Shown one piece after another: positions 46,873-60,112 of a DNA stretch of 64,000 bases (its first letter is position 1; each line of letters starts with the position of its first letter). The notes beneath the pieces were generated by a model. It worked only from the letters and a program-made list of their open reading frames with translations, ran no database searches and had not been told where the DNA came from. Position numbers and translations under genes: made by a program. Location: positions 21,582 through 85,581 of the forward strand of contig JAUCBJ010005359.1 in NCBI GenBank assembly GCA_032718475.1. Direction: 5' to 3'. Source of the stretch: Nemertoderma westbladi. Taxonomy: Eukaryota; Animalia; Xenacoelomorpha.

Positions 46873-48311
46873 CCTCCATCCACCTATCTAAGTTTGGGCC
46901 CATTTGATGACATTTGATTTGCGAACTGAGTTGAAATTCAAAAAAAGGTTTTCGTTGATATTGAATGGTACAGGGACAAAACACGATGAGGTGAAATTTG
47001 ACCTCAATGTCAATATGTGTAGGCCCCTATAAATTGTAAAATTGAATAGACCCCCTTGCGAATTTTTACATTTTTGTTTTTCTAATTGAGAAGTACTATA
47101 AAATAATAAATGTCACAAAATTTCGAGATAAAATATCAATGTGTGATAAAATTGTGTAAGTTTAAATCTTCGATGGCACAAAAATGACCTCAAAGAGAGC
47201 ACAAGGGTTAAATCGACTGCAGTTTTCAAGCCTGCCTCTAGGCTGGTGTAAAGTGATCAAGGGCATCTGCTTAGATTTTGCTTATTTTAGGGGGGGGGGG
47301 GGGGGGGTCGATGCAATTCAAATTCATCCCTCTCTGGGGAAATTAAAGCAAATAACAGTTGATTACTACCAAAAATAAAACTGCAATCTGTATTGTTTTG
47401 TTTGGAACAACACCTTCCCCTTAATTTATAATTTAACATTGAGACAAGTATATTAATTCATCAAAATGGGATTTGCATCACTAATAATAATAATAATATA
47501 TTTATATGGCGCCTATACGTATTGTTCTAGGCGCACACCCCCACGCCTCCCCTGCTCGAATCCACTGGCAATTTGTATTACTAAATACTTTTAAAGGGAA
47601 CTTTATTTTCCTTTATTTCATATAAATATATGTCATTTTAAGTATTGTGGTTTCGTAGTCATCTGGAGGTATAATGGTAGGCGGTTATCAAGACACAGAC
47701 ACAGGTGCAACGGTATCCGAACTCCGAACAAGAATTGGTTTTATTTTGCTATTTTAGAACTGGTTTGATTTTATTAAGTTATCTTATGGTTAGGGTTAAT
47801 TGGTTAGGCCAAAACTCCAATTAAAATTATAACTTAGATATAAGTCGGAAAACTGCCATTACTACAGATTTTGGAAGTCAAATTTCGCGAAGGAGCCGTT
47901 CGTTTTAATCTGTATTCCATGATCCCCCTGATAAGTTTTGACTCTTATATTTCAATTAATTAGATAAAAATTTCCATTTTCGAATAAAATTCGATACTCC
48001 AATTTGTAATCCAGAACTTAATAAGAATAGAAGATATAGATATGATTAAAACTTTTACTGATAATAATTTATTGCTGAGTACTTATAGCAAATCTTGTCT
48101 TGATGTGTTTTTAAGATATGCACAATAATATTAACGTTACTGTACTAATATACTGTAAATACAGTATATCTTACATATACATAATTATTGTGTGAAATAT
48201 ATAATGATTAATGATAATTAATAAATTATCAATTTAGAAATTAATTATTATCACCTTGGAATTATAACCTAGGAATAATTAAATTAGAATAAAATGCAGT
48301 GACTGCATCAT

Positions 48312-51300
48312 CTAGATATCGAAGTCCTCAGATGAAGCAAATTTAGCTAAGTTAGAAGGTGATTGTCTCCCTGGAGAGTTCAATGACCCGGGGGAATGCA
48401 ATGCCCCCGGTGACTGAATATCCGCCACGTTTGTATCACCCTGTATCGAATCGTCACAGGGTATTGAAACTGCTTGATCAAGATCGTCCTTATCGAATTT
48501 CCTTATCCATTCATCCTCTACAGTCTCCTCAATATCGCTTGCAGCACTGTCCATCGTTTCAGGCGCAGGAAGATACTCGAAATTTGACTGAGTAAGTCCT
48601 TCAAAACTCAGAAGACTCCCGTAGTATGAATGGCTGGTCTCCCCCAGGGTTTCCCCGAGGAAACTCGCCGTTTCAATACAAATGTTGTCCGCAATCGTAG
48701 CATACCTCGTCTTGACACTCCTTGAGCGAATCTTTGATGAGTAAAGTTTCAAGGGTTTTTTAATCGCCGAATTGCGACTTGTTGAAGCTCCGATGTCTGG
48801 ACGAACACTTGTTCTGCTTCTCATTCTTGGAGGAGAAATTATATGGGGGTCGGGGGCCGAAATGGTGCGAAGACGTCTAGTCCAACCTGTGCGAGGAGGC
48901 GTAAGGTGACCTGAATCCAGCTCGTGAGTGGTAGGGTCGCTAATGACAATGGAGGGTAACTTCGGTAAAACCAACGTATCGTCTGAGCGAACATCCTGCA
49001 ATCTACCATCACCAACTTTTGTGTCGTTGGTTTGAAAGTAGTGCGTTTCATCTGACAATTTTAGAGACCTGTTGAGCTGAGTTTGTATATTGTTAATGGC
49101 TGAAAGAGTTGTCACTCCTACTGACTCCAAAGCGTTCACCTTAGTTTCTAAATCGCTCATAACTTTCTTATTATTAAACAAATTAGTATTGAGTTCTTCC
49201 ACAGAATGCAACAACTTGCCAATGTCAGATAACATTTGTTCTGATTGCTTGTCGGCAGAATTCGCAAGTATTTTCTCATTTTGTCGTAAATACAACCTTA
49301 AACATTTGTTTTCGAATTTATACAATTTCTGAATCTCGTCCCCATGCAAAAACAACTTTAGACTGCGATCGTTAATGTTATAACTGGAATTCCAACATCT
49401 GTTTATAATCCAAGTGAAAAAGGAGTAAATATGAAGTAGGATTCCAAATGGTGGAGGAAAAACTGGCCTCATTTCGTTATAAAGCACCACAAAATAGCGT
49501 TGGTGTTTCCATACGCATTGAGCAACAGGAGCGATATTGAAGTAGGTGTTGTTAAAAGCTGATATCATGAAGTTTACCAACAGGATGTTCGTCATTAAAA
49601 GAAAAATTGCCATAAGTAATGGTGTGAAAAAGGAACCGGCAACACAAGGGAACTCATGGTCTGGGGGGTCTCCGCAATCATCATTCCGAGTTAGTACTGG
49701 GGCAAACAACTCACCGTATATCATCCAGTATGGTTTGTAAAATATATCGCGGACCAGTTTCCAGGATGGCTCTTCATCCGGAAAGTGAATCGATTGTCTG
49801 GCTACTCCAAAACTCATAACCATTACAACTATAAGCATTGAAAAATATATCATTTGTACTGACATTTTGCCAACCATTTTTACGTATGGACCCAAAACTT
49901 GGTTCACTGTGTATATTTCAAGAATAGATATAAACCAGAATGAGGCATTGAGTGCTAATAATATGCGACTTTCTATCAAATAATGTTGTCGTATACCTTC
50001 AGCAATTAGGAACATGGTAATGGAAAAACACCGAAACATGCTCCAATAATTTTTGCTCCAGAGTTTAAATTTTTGATTCACATTGGTGGCTTCACAAAGG
50101 AAAAACTCTCTCAACTCCTCCAAGGCCAATGCAAAAACATAAAGAATCGTGAAAATTTCAACACGCCCAGGATATTTATTCGGCTTTACAAGAATAACAT
50201 AAGTTAAACAGCAAAGAAAGCAGATAAACATGAGCGTGTTTGCCCAAAATATTGTGATAGGAGCATTATAAAATTCATAAACTTTTTTACGCCAGTGCAG
50301 TTCACGAGGAGCTGATTTTTCGATAATTTTTCCTGGTTGGCCAAATAAATACCCAGTAGTATCGTCATCAATGGCCATGTTTTCATCACCGGCGATGCTC
50401 CCTGAGGAACTTGGGCATTTCTCTCCTCTGGTGTATTCCTCTAATGTCTGAGGCATAAGTTCCAGTTGCTGCACTGTTTTGAATTGAACATAAAGCAAAC
50501 AGGGTGGGCATATAATACAACCTAGCACTTTTAGAGTAATATTGCGCTGGACATTTAAGCCTCCCATCCATAAGTCGTTCAGTAACGTTTGACATGCCGG
50601 GTGAGCAACAAAGTCCTTATTACCGGATGCAGCGGCAATACTAAGGCACGTCTGTAAGCTCCAACTATCCCATGCATAAGTTAAAACCTGACATGTAAGT
50701 TCCTGGTTCTCTCGCCACATAATTTCTAAGATTTCAACAGATAGATTGTTAAAATTAGACCGAAGCAACTCATAATTCTCATTAGCACCGAAACCAAGAC
50801 TATAAATATCACTGGCCATTCTCTTGTACATTTGACTAGCAATGAGAGCTTTTTCCAAAGGCTGACTTCCAATCTGCCACATGAAGTTAGCCATCTTAGG
50901 TTTATCAGTTAAAATTGCCCAACATAGAAGCTCACGGGATGGAAACTCAAACGGTGAAGGATAATATTTACCCTCTTTCATTGTGTTTGTATATTTTGCC
51001 TTAAACTGCTTCCGTGTGTAAAAGCACCTGAAACAACCACCCATAAGGCGTTCCAGTAAAATACCTATATCAAGCAACGTAACTCGACCAGTTTCCGACA
51101 AACTTGGTTTCACATGCTTCATGAGTTGTCTTATTGATGTCATGGGTTGAGAATTATAAAGATCCTCTAACATATTAATTGAAAGAAATGGTTTGAAGGA
51201 CAACCTATTCTCAAACATCATCTTCACGAATTCCACATTGTCACCTACAAGCGCCATCATCATTATTTCCTCCAGTGAATTTTCTGGCCAAACTTGTCTG

Positions 51301-52619
51301 TGAGGAAATACATGAGTTTCAGCCACATCAGGACGATTCCACTTCAAAGATAAATGCAGTCGCTTAACAGGATCATCAACTGTTTCGCACAATGCCGACA
51401 GAATGCAATGATCTAAGCCACGTTCTTCCATCCGGTATATAAAGATGCTGCTACGATACTGCAAGCATTGTATAAGAACTTCATATGTGGCTGTCGCCTC
51501 AGATTCAGAGTATCCAAAAGACGTTGTTACTAATGATAATATGTGTTGTTTAACCGAATTATTCGCCATGTAGGGAACACCCTTGTCACAAAAAAAGGTA
51601 AGTAAATCAGCAGCTCGGCCACTTCCATCAACAACAACAACTGGAGATGGAGGAACAGCTGATAAATTTGAAAAGCAAATTCGCAGAGAAGACAGGCCAC
51701 CTTCTATAAGAACGACCACTTTGGGTGCAGGCAATAATGATTGGATGGTTGAATTCAAATGCTCTTCTAGACTTTTTCGAAGATGTAAATGAGGTCCAAA
51801 TTTGTGTTCTGTACCATCATCTGACAACAAAAAGCAGGAATGCCCTGGATTTAGTGTAACTCCAACTGTAGCCCCAAGGACATATGATGACGAATGATAC
51901 GGTACTGTTATGTCCACACCTACCAACGACTCCTTCATGGCTACAATACCCCAAGATGCAATACCAATCGTTGGTACTACTCTTCTTGCATGCTTCCTTG
52001 TTTCAAGTGCGGCTCCTATTACTTTAGATACACCAGAATTAATACCATCAGTAAATACCCAAGCTTCAGTTGATTTTGCTGCTCCTATAATTCCTTTTTG
52101 AATCGCCTGCTGAAGCTGACTTTGCAAAGAAAAATCCTGGAGCCCACCAACAACAGAAATTATTAAGGCAGGTGGAGGTAAGTTCCACTCTTTAACAAGC
52201 AGGTCATATATCATAGGAGGTTTTGAGTCGACAGAAAGACGTATAAACTTAGCAGTGTTTGGAAACATAGCCCCTTGGAGCTCCAATGTACCGAAAGCCT
52301 TGGTCGGATATGTTGTTGTATCCTGCATCCAATTCCACTTCTTGGACTCCCCATTGATATTTGTATTAGAGACACTGTCGAAATTGGCATTAGACACATG
52401 GTCAACTTTTTCCTTCCCGCAGCAGCAAACTCCCTCAATTGTGTAACGATCAGTAGGTATGTAGGTAATGCATTCTCGTTCACTGAACGTAGACTCTACC
52501 CATGATTTCTTGGCAAGCATATGCAGGAATTCGAGTGCAGAAAACGCAGCCAATGTACTGTATTGGAATGCTTTGCTGCTTGTATTTCTAGAAAGAAGCG
52601 CATGATCATCTGTATCCAT
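48312..52619 (-). CDS. TRPM: TRPM cation channel (TRPM1/3/7-like, no kinase or NUDIX domain), intronless
   Basis: SWVESTFSERECITYIP, CCCG, LIISVVGG, AWVFTDGINSGV, DGSGRAADLL, WNRPDVA, FVAHPACQTLLNDLWMG, FYNAP, LGPYVKMVGKM, KPYWMIYGELFA, TRP box WKHQRY, coiled coil; first ATG at 52619. Confidence 0.96.
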   Translation of the reverse strand: MDTDDHALLSRNTSSKAFQYSTLAAFSALEFLHMLAKKSWVESTFSERECITYIPTDRYTIEGVCCCGKEKVDHVSNANFDSVSNTNINGESKKWNWMQDTTTYPTKAFGTLELQGAMFPNTAKFIRLSVDSKPPMIYDLLVKEWNLPPPALIISVVGGLQDFSLQSQLQQAIQKGIIGAAKSTEAWVFTDGINSGVSKVIGAALETRKHARRVVPTIGIASWGIVAMKESLVGVDITVPYHSSSYVLGATVGVTLNPGHSCFLLSDDGTEHKFGPHLHLRKSLEEHLNSTIQSLLPAPKVVVLIEGGLSSLRICFSNLSAVPPSPVVVVDGSGRAADLLTFFCDKGVPYMANNSVKQHILSLVTTSFGYSESEATATYEVLIQCLQYRSSIFIYRMEERGLDHCILSALCETVDDPVKRLHLSLKWNRPDVAETHVFPHRQVWPENSLEEIMMMALVGDNVEFVKMMFENRLSFKPFLSINMLEDLYNSQPMTSIRQLMKHVKPSLSETGRVTLLDIGILLERLMGGCFRCFYTRKQFKAKYTNTMKEGKYYPSPFEFPSRELLCWAILTDKPKMANFMWQIGSQPLEKALIASQMYKRMASDIYSLGFGANENYELLRSNFNNLSVEILEIMWRENQELTCQVLTYAWDSWSLQTCLSIAAASGNKDFVAHPACQTLLNDLWMGGLNVQRNITLKVLGCIICPPCLLYVQFKTVQQLELMPQTLEEYTRGEKCPSSSGSIAGDENMAIDDDTTGYLFGQPGKIIEKSAPRELHWRKKVYEFYNAPITIFWANTLMFICFLCCLTYVILVKPNKYPGRVEIFTILYVFALALEELREFFLCEATNVNQKFKLWSKNYWSMFRCFSITMFLIAEGIRQHYLIESRILLALNASFWFISILEIYTVNQVLGPYVKMVGKMSVQMIYFSMLIVVMVMSFGVARQSIHFPDEEPSWKLVRDIFYKPYWMIYGELFAPVLTRNDDCGDPPDHEFPCVAGSFFTPLLMAIFLLMTNILLVNFMISAFNNTYFNIAPVAQCVWKHQRYFVVLYNEMRPVFPPPFGILLHIYSFFTWIINRCWNSSYNINDRSLKLFLHGDEIQKLYKFENKCLRLYLRQNEKILANSADKQSEQMLSDIGKLLHSVEELNTNLFNNKKVMSDLETKVNALESVGVTTLSAINNIQTQLNRSLKLSDETHYFQTNDTKVGDGRLQDVRSDDTLVLPKLPSIVISDPTTHELDSGHLTPPRTGWTRRLRTISAPDPHIISPPRMRSRTSVRPDIGASTSRNSAIKKPLKLYSSKIRSRSVKTRYATIADNICIETASFLGETLGETSHSYYGSLLSFEGLTQSNFEYLPAPETMDSAASDIEETVEDEWIRKFDKDDLDQAVSIPCDDSIQGDTNVADIQSPGALHSPGSLNSPGRQSPSNLAKFASSEDFDI

Positions 52620-52871
52620 TATTGTTCTATTCACTGCAGTCCTTTAATCACAAATAGAGATCCTCCAACATAATATAATCTGGTATAGGTAATGAATGGG
52701 ATATAAGCAACTTCATATTTTAAAAGATATATCAGGTCCATAAATAAAGTTCCCATTATGCAGTTATGTATTTATTAAATAATAACTGTTAAAGAGATAG
52801 AGCCTCTAAGAGGACATCGAGAATATGAAATCCTCGATTCGAAGACCTAGCTAATTCTATATATTCCAATA

Positions 52872-53562
52872 GGGCTCGTTCACATATTACACTAAAAATT
52901 GACCAAAGTGGCAAACTTCAAAGTGGCACCAAACTTCTCACTTTTGCATGAGTTGTAAATCAAAAACGTTTAATTAGACTATGGCTCATAGGGCTCGTTC
53001 AGATATTACAGTATATAACGCCAAACATTTGAATTTTTGACGACCACCCCACGCCCACCCTAATAACGACATTATAACATGAACCCAAACCACCCACCCC
53101 AACGTTATATAACACCATAGGGATAAACCACCAATAATATTTAATATTGGTTCAAATATTAATTCACTTTCATTATTATAGACGGCTGGACGGTAGAAAT
53201 AGGTCACCATGTCGGCTCTTTTCGTTCCCATGAAAACAAAATATATATTTTCGAGAGTGCCACTCGGACTAAAAATTGACCATTTTCATACCTTCAAATT
53301 GGCACCAAAATCCACACATTCGCATGTGTTGTAAATGAAAAACGTGTAATTAGACTATGGCCGATAGATGACTAAGTCATCTATCTATACAGAATAGAAT
53401 AAAATGAACAAAAATGTGTTTCACAACAAATTACAATACTGAAGGGGTCGTTATATAACACTGTGACCAACCTACAGACTCACGCACCCTTATAACGCAT
53501 AATAATATTAACCAAAACCACCCACCCACCTAACGTGCGTTATATAATATGTGAACGAGACC
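52872..53562. mobile_element. MITE-like element upstream of TRPM with a duplicated left end
   Basis: gggctcgttcacatatta at 52872 (again at ~52991) is inverted relative to taatatgtgaacgagacc at ~53545-53562. Confidence 0.55.
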
Positions 53563-54763
53563 TTAGCTATCTCAATAACTTCACATAGCTAACTCAATAT
53601 ATTGATTGACATAGCTAACTTAATATATTGGCATGGCTATGGCATATAAATCTCAATGTGACCAACCTTAAAAAATGACAATAAGGTTTTTTTGATGAAT
53701 TTATAAAGCTTATGGCGTGAAAAGATATACAAAAATCCAAATTAAATTAATCTTTAAGCGAACAATTCACAAATTTAACTTGTAATTTTCAACAACTTCC
53801 ACAGGTCCGATTTTGGTAGACCTTTGGGTTTTGCCGCTTTTGGATATTTCAACCATCATAATTAAGCCATACTGTAGCATAATTCTCTCCCCCCATTCAC
53901 CAAACACATGGGTACAAAAATAAAAATTAGTTATATAAAAAGGACAAGATACAGAACTACCGGTACGCATTAAGTAAGACTATTCTATAGTAAAAGGACA
54001 CATAACTCAACGGGAACGGTACTTCGTAGGAGGGCAATTATACCTAACCCTAACCTAAACTCTCTGAGGGAATATCAATCAATCAAATATTTCTACAAAT
54101 ACATGTTTAATATGCACACCTTCTTATTGAATTGATAACTACAAACAAATAGTAAGTAATACAATAATACAGAAGGTCTACTGTTCACATTCACTACCAG
54201 TACATAGGATAATTAGAATTGGAATCAATGCATTTGCATTTGGTTTGTTTAATAATATTCAAATAATAATCATTAAGACTACGCCCTACACAGCTAGGCC
54301 CCCCTATCTGTACTGTAGTCCGTAAAATGCTTTAGCTTCACATACTGACTGTATACTGTAGTAGACAGGTAGAGGTACATAAATGCATCTAATTTAATTT
54401 AATAACACTGAACAAGTCTGCAGGTATAACAAAACAATACCGGTATGTAATGTAGGCCTACTAACATAATTTAGTAGCCTAAATAAGCAACTAACACACT
54501 GACTGAACAGAGTGGCTAAACTGCCATACACCTTTGTCTGTGTTCGGCAGAACACTTATTTACAGTCTGATAGAACTTACTTACGGTACACAATCTGCAC
54601 TGATCTGATAGCAGATGTCCCAGATTCACGAACTCAATACGCCACGCTACCAAAAGCAGAAATAGATAAACTCCAATGAAATCACTAAAATGACATGCCC
54701 AACGGCTAATGAATTTAAATTTCCCGCGAATAATAATAGTTAATGGTGAATGGATTGAATTAA

Positions 54764-55140
54764 GGGGCCGTCCAAGTATGACGTCTGCACTTTTCTCCAA
54801 AATGTTGACCCCCTCCCTCCCCTAAATCAGATGTCATCAGATAGGCGTTGACACCCCCCCTCCCCTAAATCAGATTAAAAAAAAATGTTCGCGTGCTAAT
54901 CACTGAAACATGGTGACTGGTAACTGAAACAGAAGGTTGTGCTACGGGCCTTCTGGGGCTTCGAACAATTAAAATAGGCAAGCTAATTACTCTTCTGCTA
55001 TATCTCTTCTAGCACCTATAAATGAACATGCTGACGTCAGATTTTGGCTGACCCCCTCCCCTCCCCTCATCAGCACGTCATCAGATTTTCCCAACCCCCC
55101 TCCCCACCCGAAAGTGCTGACGTCATACTTGGACGGCCCC
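54764..55140. mobile_element. PIF/Harbinger-type MITE
   Basis: TIR ggggccgtccaagtatgacgtc at both ends, TAA TSD. Confidence 0.85.
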
Positions 55141-58100
55141 TAAGTGGATATTAATAATAATTGGCCATACAGTACACGCTTGAAAATACAAATAATACCT
55201 TATTGGAAAAGTTATATGAGGTTACGCCCGCCATAAATTCAACAACTACTTAAACTAAATAAAAAACAAAAATATATTGCAATTTGTTCTTGAATTCGAA
55301 TTTCATCTACAGTAGGTTACTGGTTAACCACGTACCACGACAAATTTTAACTCGGATACAGGGGATTACGGATTACCCCAGGAACAATTGACGGTTTCAC
55401 AGGCGAAAATGCCCACCCCCCCGCGCGGAATGCCCCCCCCCCCGGGCATTTTCGGCTAGCACCAAATGCCCCCCCCCCCCCCCCCCCCCCCCCACAGAGT
55501 ATTTCACCCCAGATTTTGAGAGTGGCGGTCCGAAAACCTAATTAAAACTGACATGTAACCCTTACCCTAAGTTTGAGGCTCTAATCTAAGAAATTTTGTG
55601 GAATTTTGGACCCTTGCCATGGTAATGTTGGTAACTTTAAATTAGGGTTTGGGCCTGGCCAACTATCCATAACCAAATAAATGAACAAATGAATCCAAGT
55701 TAAAGTGATGTATGATTTGCTAGGCCTAGGTGGCTACTACAGTATTATTATACTGTAAGTCTATAGGGAAGGGGACATTCTGCGCGGGGGGGGGGGGGGG
55801 ATTCGGTAGACAACGGAACCACATTAGCATCATGTGCCACTCCACAGTATTTTACATGTTATAGATGCAGCAGTTGCGAAGGTAGCCTACGGGAATATAG
55901 TTGAAACTACATAAGTTAACTGATCTGCGAGTTTCTTAGCAAAATTTAAATAAAAAATCATTATACATTCTAACAATTTAAAAGAATGCAAAGAAATAAA
56001 TAAAAGAAAGAATAAATAAAACTCAATTTTCAAATCAGCGTATCGATAACAAAAAAAATACACAAATAATTAGGGTAGAATTTAAAAAACAATGAAATTC
56101 ATACTTTGTAACAACATATTGTTGTGGTTTAATTTTAATTAATTTGATCTCGACATATCCTTCCGATATGCAGTAGAATAGGAGTCAATTGTCCTACTAT
56201 TGTATATCACAGTTGCCGGATACTTCAGTCCTCCATCTATACTGTTACAAATTTGGCCTATACAGTACATTATGCAATTTTAGCTAAAATACAAAATTTA
56301 TAAACACAAAACCAGCCTATAAAATAAATAAATGAACAATTTTACTCCAATTTAGTTACGTTTTGTTTGCCTACTGATGAGATTATACAGTATATATTAT
56401 TCTGTTGTCCAGAGTAATCACAGAGAGATTCGGTGGTGATCTATCATGTGTAACACAAACATACAGTATACTAATTGTTCCTGAGAGTGTGCAAACCGTT
56501 TAAATGCTGTGATTAACGCGATAAGGGTGTTTGAATATTAACTGTTTATTAAGTGGACAGTGTAGGAGATTATCATGATAGTGAATTGGCTCTAAAGCCG
56601 TCAGCCTTTTCTTTGTTATGTTCCTTGTTATTAGAGTGCAGCCCGTACTCTAGTAGACCTACTGCACTGTATGATAATTCTAATTAATAAACTAACACTT
56701 TCTATCATACAGTTCAAGTATATTACAAATTATTATCTGATGGGGTCGAGCCACAAAATTGCCAAGATATTTCAAATTGTTATTATTACTCTAATATGCT
56801 GAAGCGGGATTTTCTATTTTCCTATTTGGTGTTTCAGGTTCGAACCTCAGCCATTGAAAGATGAAATACAGTAGGTTCGGAGGTAACTCTAGTTAGAGCT
56901 ACACACCGCAAAACAATGAAAGGCACAATAAAAAGGGGCTGTGTCCCTGAACATGAAATAAAATATTAACGGTTAACGAGACGAATTGTAGGCTAACAAG
57001 TAGGCCTACAGTACTATACAGTAGCTTAAGTCATTCCAGTTTACAACTCTGTTAAATAACATGATAAATACTGGATTTGTAGCCATATGGTGGCCGAGAT
57101 TAAAAAAATGATATTCTGAAATATTTTTCACGGTAGAGTTCGACAAGAATGCGTAATATTTTATAAATAAATATTAACTCGATAGGAATCCTACGTAGGC
57201 CTACAGTAAATTCCTGATGTTATAATACATTTAAAGATGAATGCCTATCTACGTCGCACATATCGCAGGCCTAATACAATTAACCGATAAAATAATATGC
57301 GGGTGAATTAGAGTTGAGCTGGCTTCAAATTTTATTCTAGAATATAAATGTTTCTAAAACAAATGTTCTAGAAAGAGATATGTTGAAAGAGATAAGTATA
57401 ATGCACACACTCAAAAGTAATTTGAACTTTAGTTTCTGTAAGACGTAGGCCTACTCCAAAGCGGAACTCAATATCCAATATTGGTTTATGTAGTTGAGCT
57501 GCTCTCTACAGTACTTATGTTACGTTATAAATATTCCACAGCATTGTATATTATTTTAACACTGAGTAAGCGACAGCTGGAGTTGAAGTTAGCCATAATT
57601 TGAATCGTACTAACTATATGGAAGCAGTAGGCCTATAGCAAAATACTGCAGATAAATTTATTTTGTAACACACTACAGTATAACTGTAATATTTCGTTCA
57701 TCTTTTATTAAATAATTAATAAAAAAAAGTACCCAAAATAAGTATTACATGGGAAAGAAACGTCTAATAATTTTTTCAATATTGTATTGACTCTGCATTA
57801 GCCTAGCTCACAGTCTGTAAATAAAATACCTCGCGAATAGTAAAAATAGTTCTACTATTTTCATAAGTTATAAATAAATTAAATTATATAATTAGCATCA
57901 TGGCTCAAGACCCTTATCCTACTGTAATCGTCACATACAAAGAAATATTGAATTAATTGATATTAATATAATTACATACAGGAACTACAGTACACAACTG
58001 TTCTGATATAGACATTCTCCCTCATACTGGTTCATTTTACAAGGCAAGATAAGTAAGTAGCGTAGCAAGGCCTAGGGGTCTACTCTAGTAGCCCTTGATA

Positions 58101-58187
58101 AGTTTAGATAAGAAACAGCCTAACTGTAGCGACCGTCAGAGGACATGTTTATTGTTTAAGGTCTTATAACCAATTTATAAATATTTA

Positions 58188-59089
58188 TGGGTATAACTTT
58201 TCGCCGTATCCGTATCCGTATGTACGTAGTAAAACGCGTATGTGCGTATGTAATGGATTCCTATGGACAGATGGAGAATAATCCGAATGTGATTTTAGAT
58301 ATTAGACATTGTGGACCAGTACAGCAGTAAAGAGTGCACTGCACACATGCAGACAGGTAGGCCTACTTAAAGCTAAGTGATTAAAAGAGTGTGGCTGCCG
58401 GTACCTTTTGTCAAATAAACGATGCAGGTCAAGTCCAGGTTGAGTGACAGCCGGTGTCCGTCAGCCCCGGGATGCGCCAGCAGTGCAGTCCAGTAGGCGT
58501 ACCAGTACCTATCTTCTTGACGCCGCTTGGAAAACTAAACTGCTGAACTGTTCTTCTCTGTGAATGTATTAACATATAATAAACTTTACTTTCGCTGTTT
58601 CGAGTGTTGGGAGCAGTATTTAGTTAACCATTAGGCAGCCAAGTGCCAACAAGTCCAACCTAGTGCCAGTTAGTCAAACCACGTGTCAGCGACACAGCGA
58701 GTGCAACCTGGCAACCGGGTGCCAGTTGCCAGTCAGCCAGTGTCCAACCGGGTAGCCAGGTGTCAGTTAGTCCAAGAAAACAAGCGCTGTGGCACATCCC
58801 GGGGCTGAAAGATCATTTGTCACTCATCCTGGACCTGCATTCTTTATTTACCATTTAGCGACAGCAGCACTCTTCACAAATCATATCACTTTTAACGTTT
58901 AAGTAGGCCTACCCTGCTACCTGTCTTCAGTCTGCATGTGTGCTGTGCACTTCTTACTGGTCTTCAATGCCTAATCTCTAAAATCACATACGGATTATTC
59001 TCCATAGGAATCCATTACATACGCGTATGTACATTGATGTACATACCGATACGGCAAATGCATACGGATACGGCGAAAAGTTATACCCA
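58188..59089. mobile_element. Non-autonomous element with long imperfect TIRs directly upstream of TLCD3
   Basis: tgggtataacttttcgccgtatccgtat... is inverted relative to ...atacggatacggcgaaaagttataccca; symmetry extends over ~250 bp. Confidence 0.8.
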
Positions 59090-59116
59090 CCCTCTTGCAG
59101 TCTTGTATGTTTGATA

Positions 59117-59899
59117 ATGTTGTTACTATTTCTCGGGATTTGTTGGTACTCGTTGCTGTTTTTCCTCATCTACGGTTTATCCAGTCGATCCGGAATAAAC
59201 GGTGCGGCACTGCTTGCTATGCGTTGCGTAACTGCGATACAAGCTGTCGCGTCTTCTATAGTCGGTCTCCTTATAATACGCAACTGTTCCCACGATATAA
59301 TGGCCGCAACTGACCCGCTTGTAAACCAATACGCGCAATTCGGAGGGGCCTACTTTATTTACGATACCTTCGTTATGGGAATAACATTCTACGAAAAACA
59401 TAAACCCGAATACGACGAGTTATTTCAGAAAAATCGATTGCGGATGGTGCTAATGGTACTGACGGATTTCTGCAATAAGGATAACGCATTAATGATAATT
59501 CACCATGTAATTGGTTTCATTTTGCTGTTTCCGATGATATTGTACTTTAGGAATGATAAAGGGGACTATTTCTGCGGGTGTTTATACCTTTTTGAATTGA
59601 GTTCACCAATGAATTCCTTACGAGCAATCCTCAGACATTTCAAACTAAAACATACTAAATTGTATATTATCAATGGATTGACGTTTATAGCGACGTTCTT
59701 TGTTTGTCGCGTTGCTATGTTACCCTTTCTCTACTACCAGTACGGATTGTTTGCAGGTATTCCCCTTACCAATGTGCCTTTCTCTATACCGTTACAATGT
59801 AATATATTCAGCTTCCTCCTGCTCCTCCCCCAGTTGTACTGGTTTCGACTAATGCTGGTTGGATTCAGGCGGTATTTCGTGAGGTCTAATCAGGATTAA
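59117..59899 (+). CDS. TLCD3: TLC-domain protein (TLCD3/FAM57 family), intronless CDS
   Basis: AIQAVASS, YAQFGGAYFIYD, MIIHH, RNDKGDYFCGC...ELSSP, NG...FFVCRV, VPFSIP, PQLYWF; the earlier ATG at 59027 lies inside a TE TIR. Confidence 0.9.
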   Translation: MLLLFLGICWYSLLFFLIYGLSSRSGINGAALLAMRCVTAIQAVASSIVGLLIIRNCSHDIMAATDPLVNQYAQFGGAYFIYDTFVMGITFYEKHKPEYDELFQKNRLRMVLMVLTDFCNKDNALMIIHHVIGFILLFPMILYFRNDKGDYFCGCLYLFELSSPMNSLRAILRHFKLKHTKLYIINGLTFIATFFVCRVAMLPFLYYQYGLFAGIPLTNVPFSIPLQCNIFSFLLLLPQLYWFRLMLVGFRRYFVRSNQD

Positions 59900-60112
59900 T
59901 AATTAGTGCAAATAAATCGGTAATAGTAAACATAATCATCATGTTCTTAGGTATTAATTATTATAGTAAATATTTAATATAACCTATTTATTTATTAAAC
60001 TGTTTATTTACCATTAATTATGAAAATATAAAATTATGCGCCAGTAATAGACATACCGATATTTTAGACATACCGACCGATATCTGACTATTTTCGCTTG
60101 TCCGTGTTTGAA

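Noticed and set aside
54040-54062. Telomere-like cctaaccctaacc
   Set aside because: Only about two units; common in TE subterminal sequence
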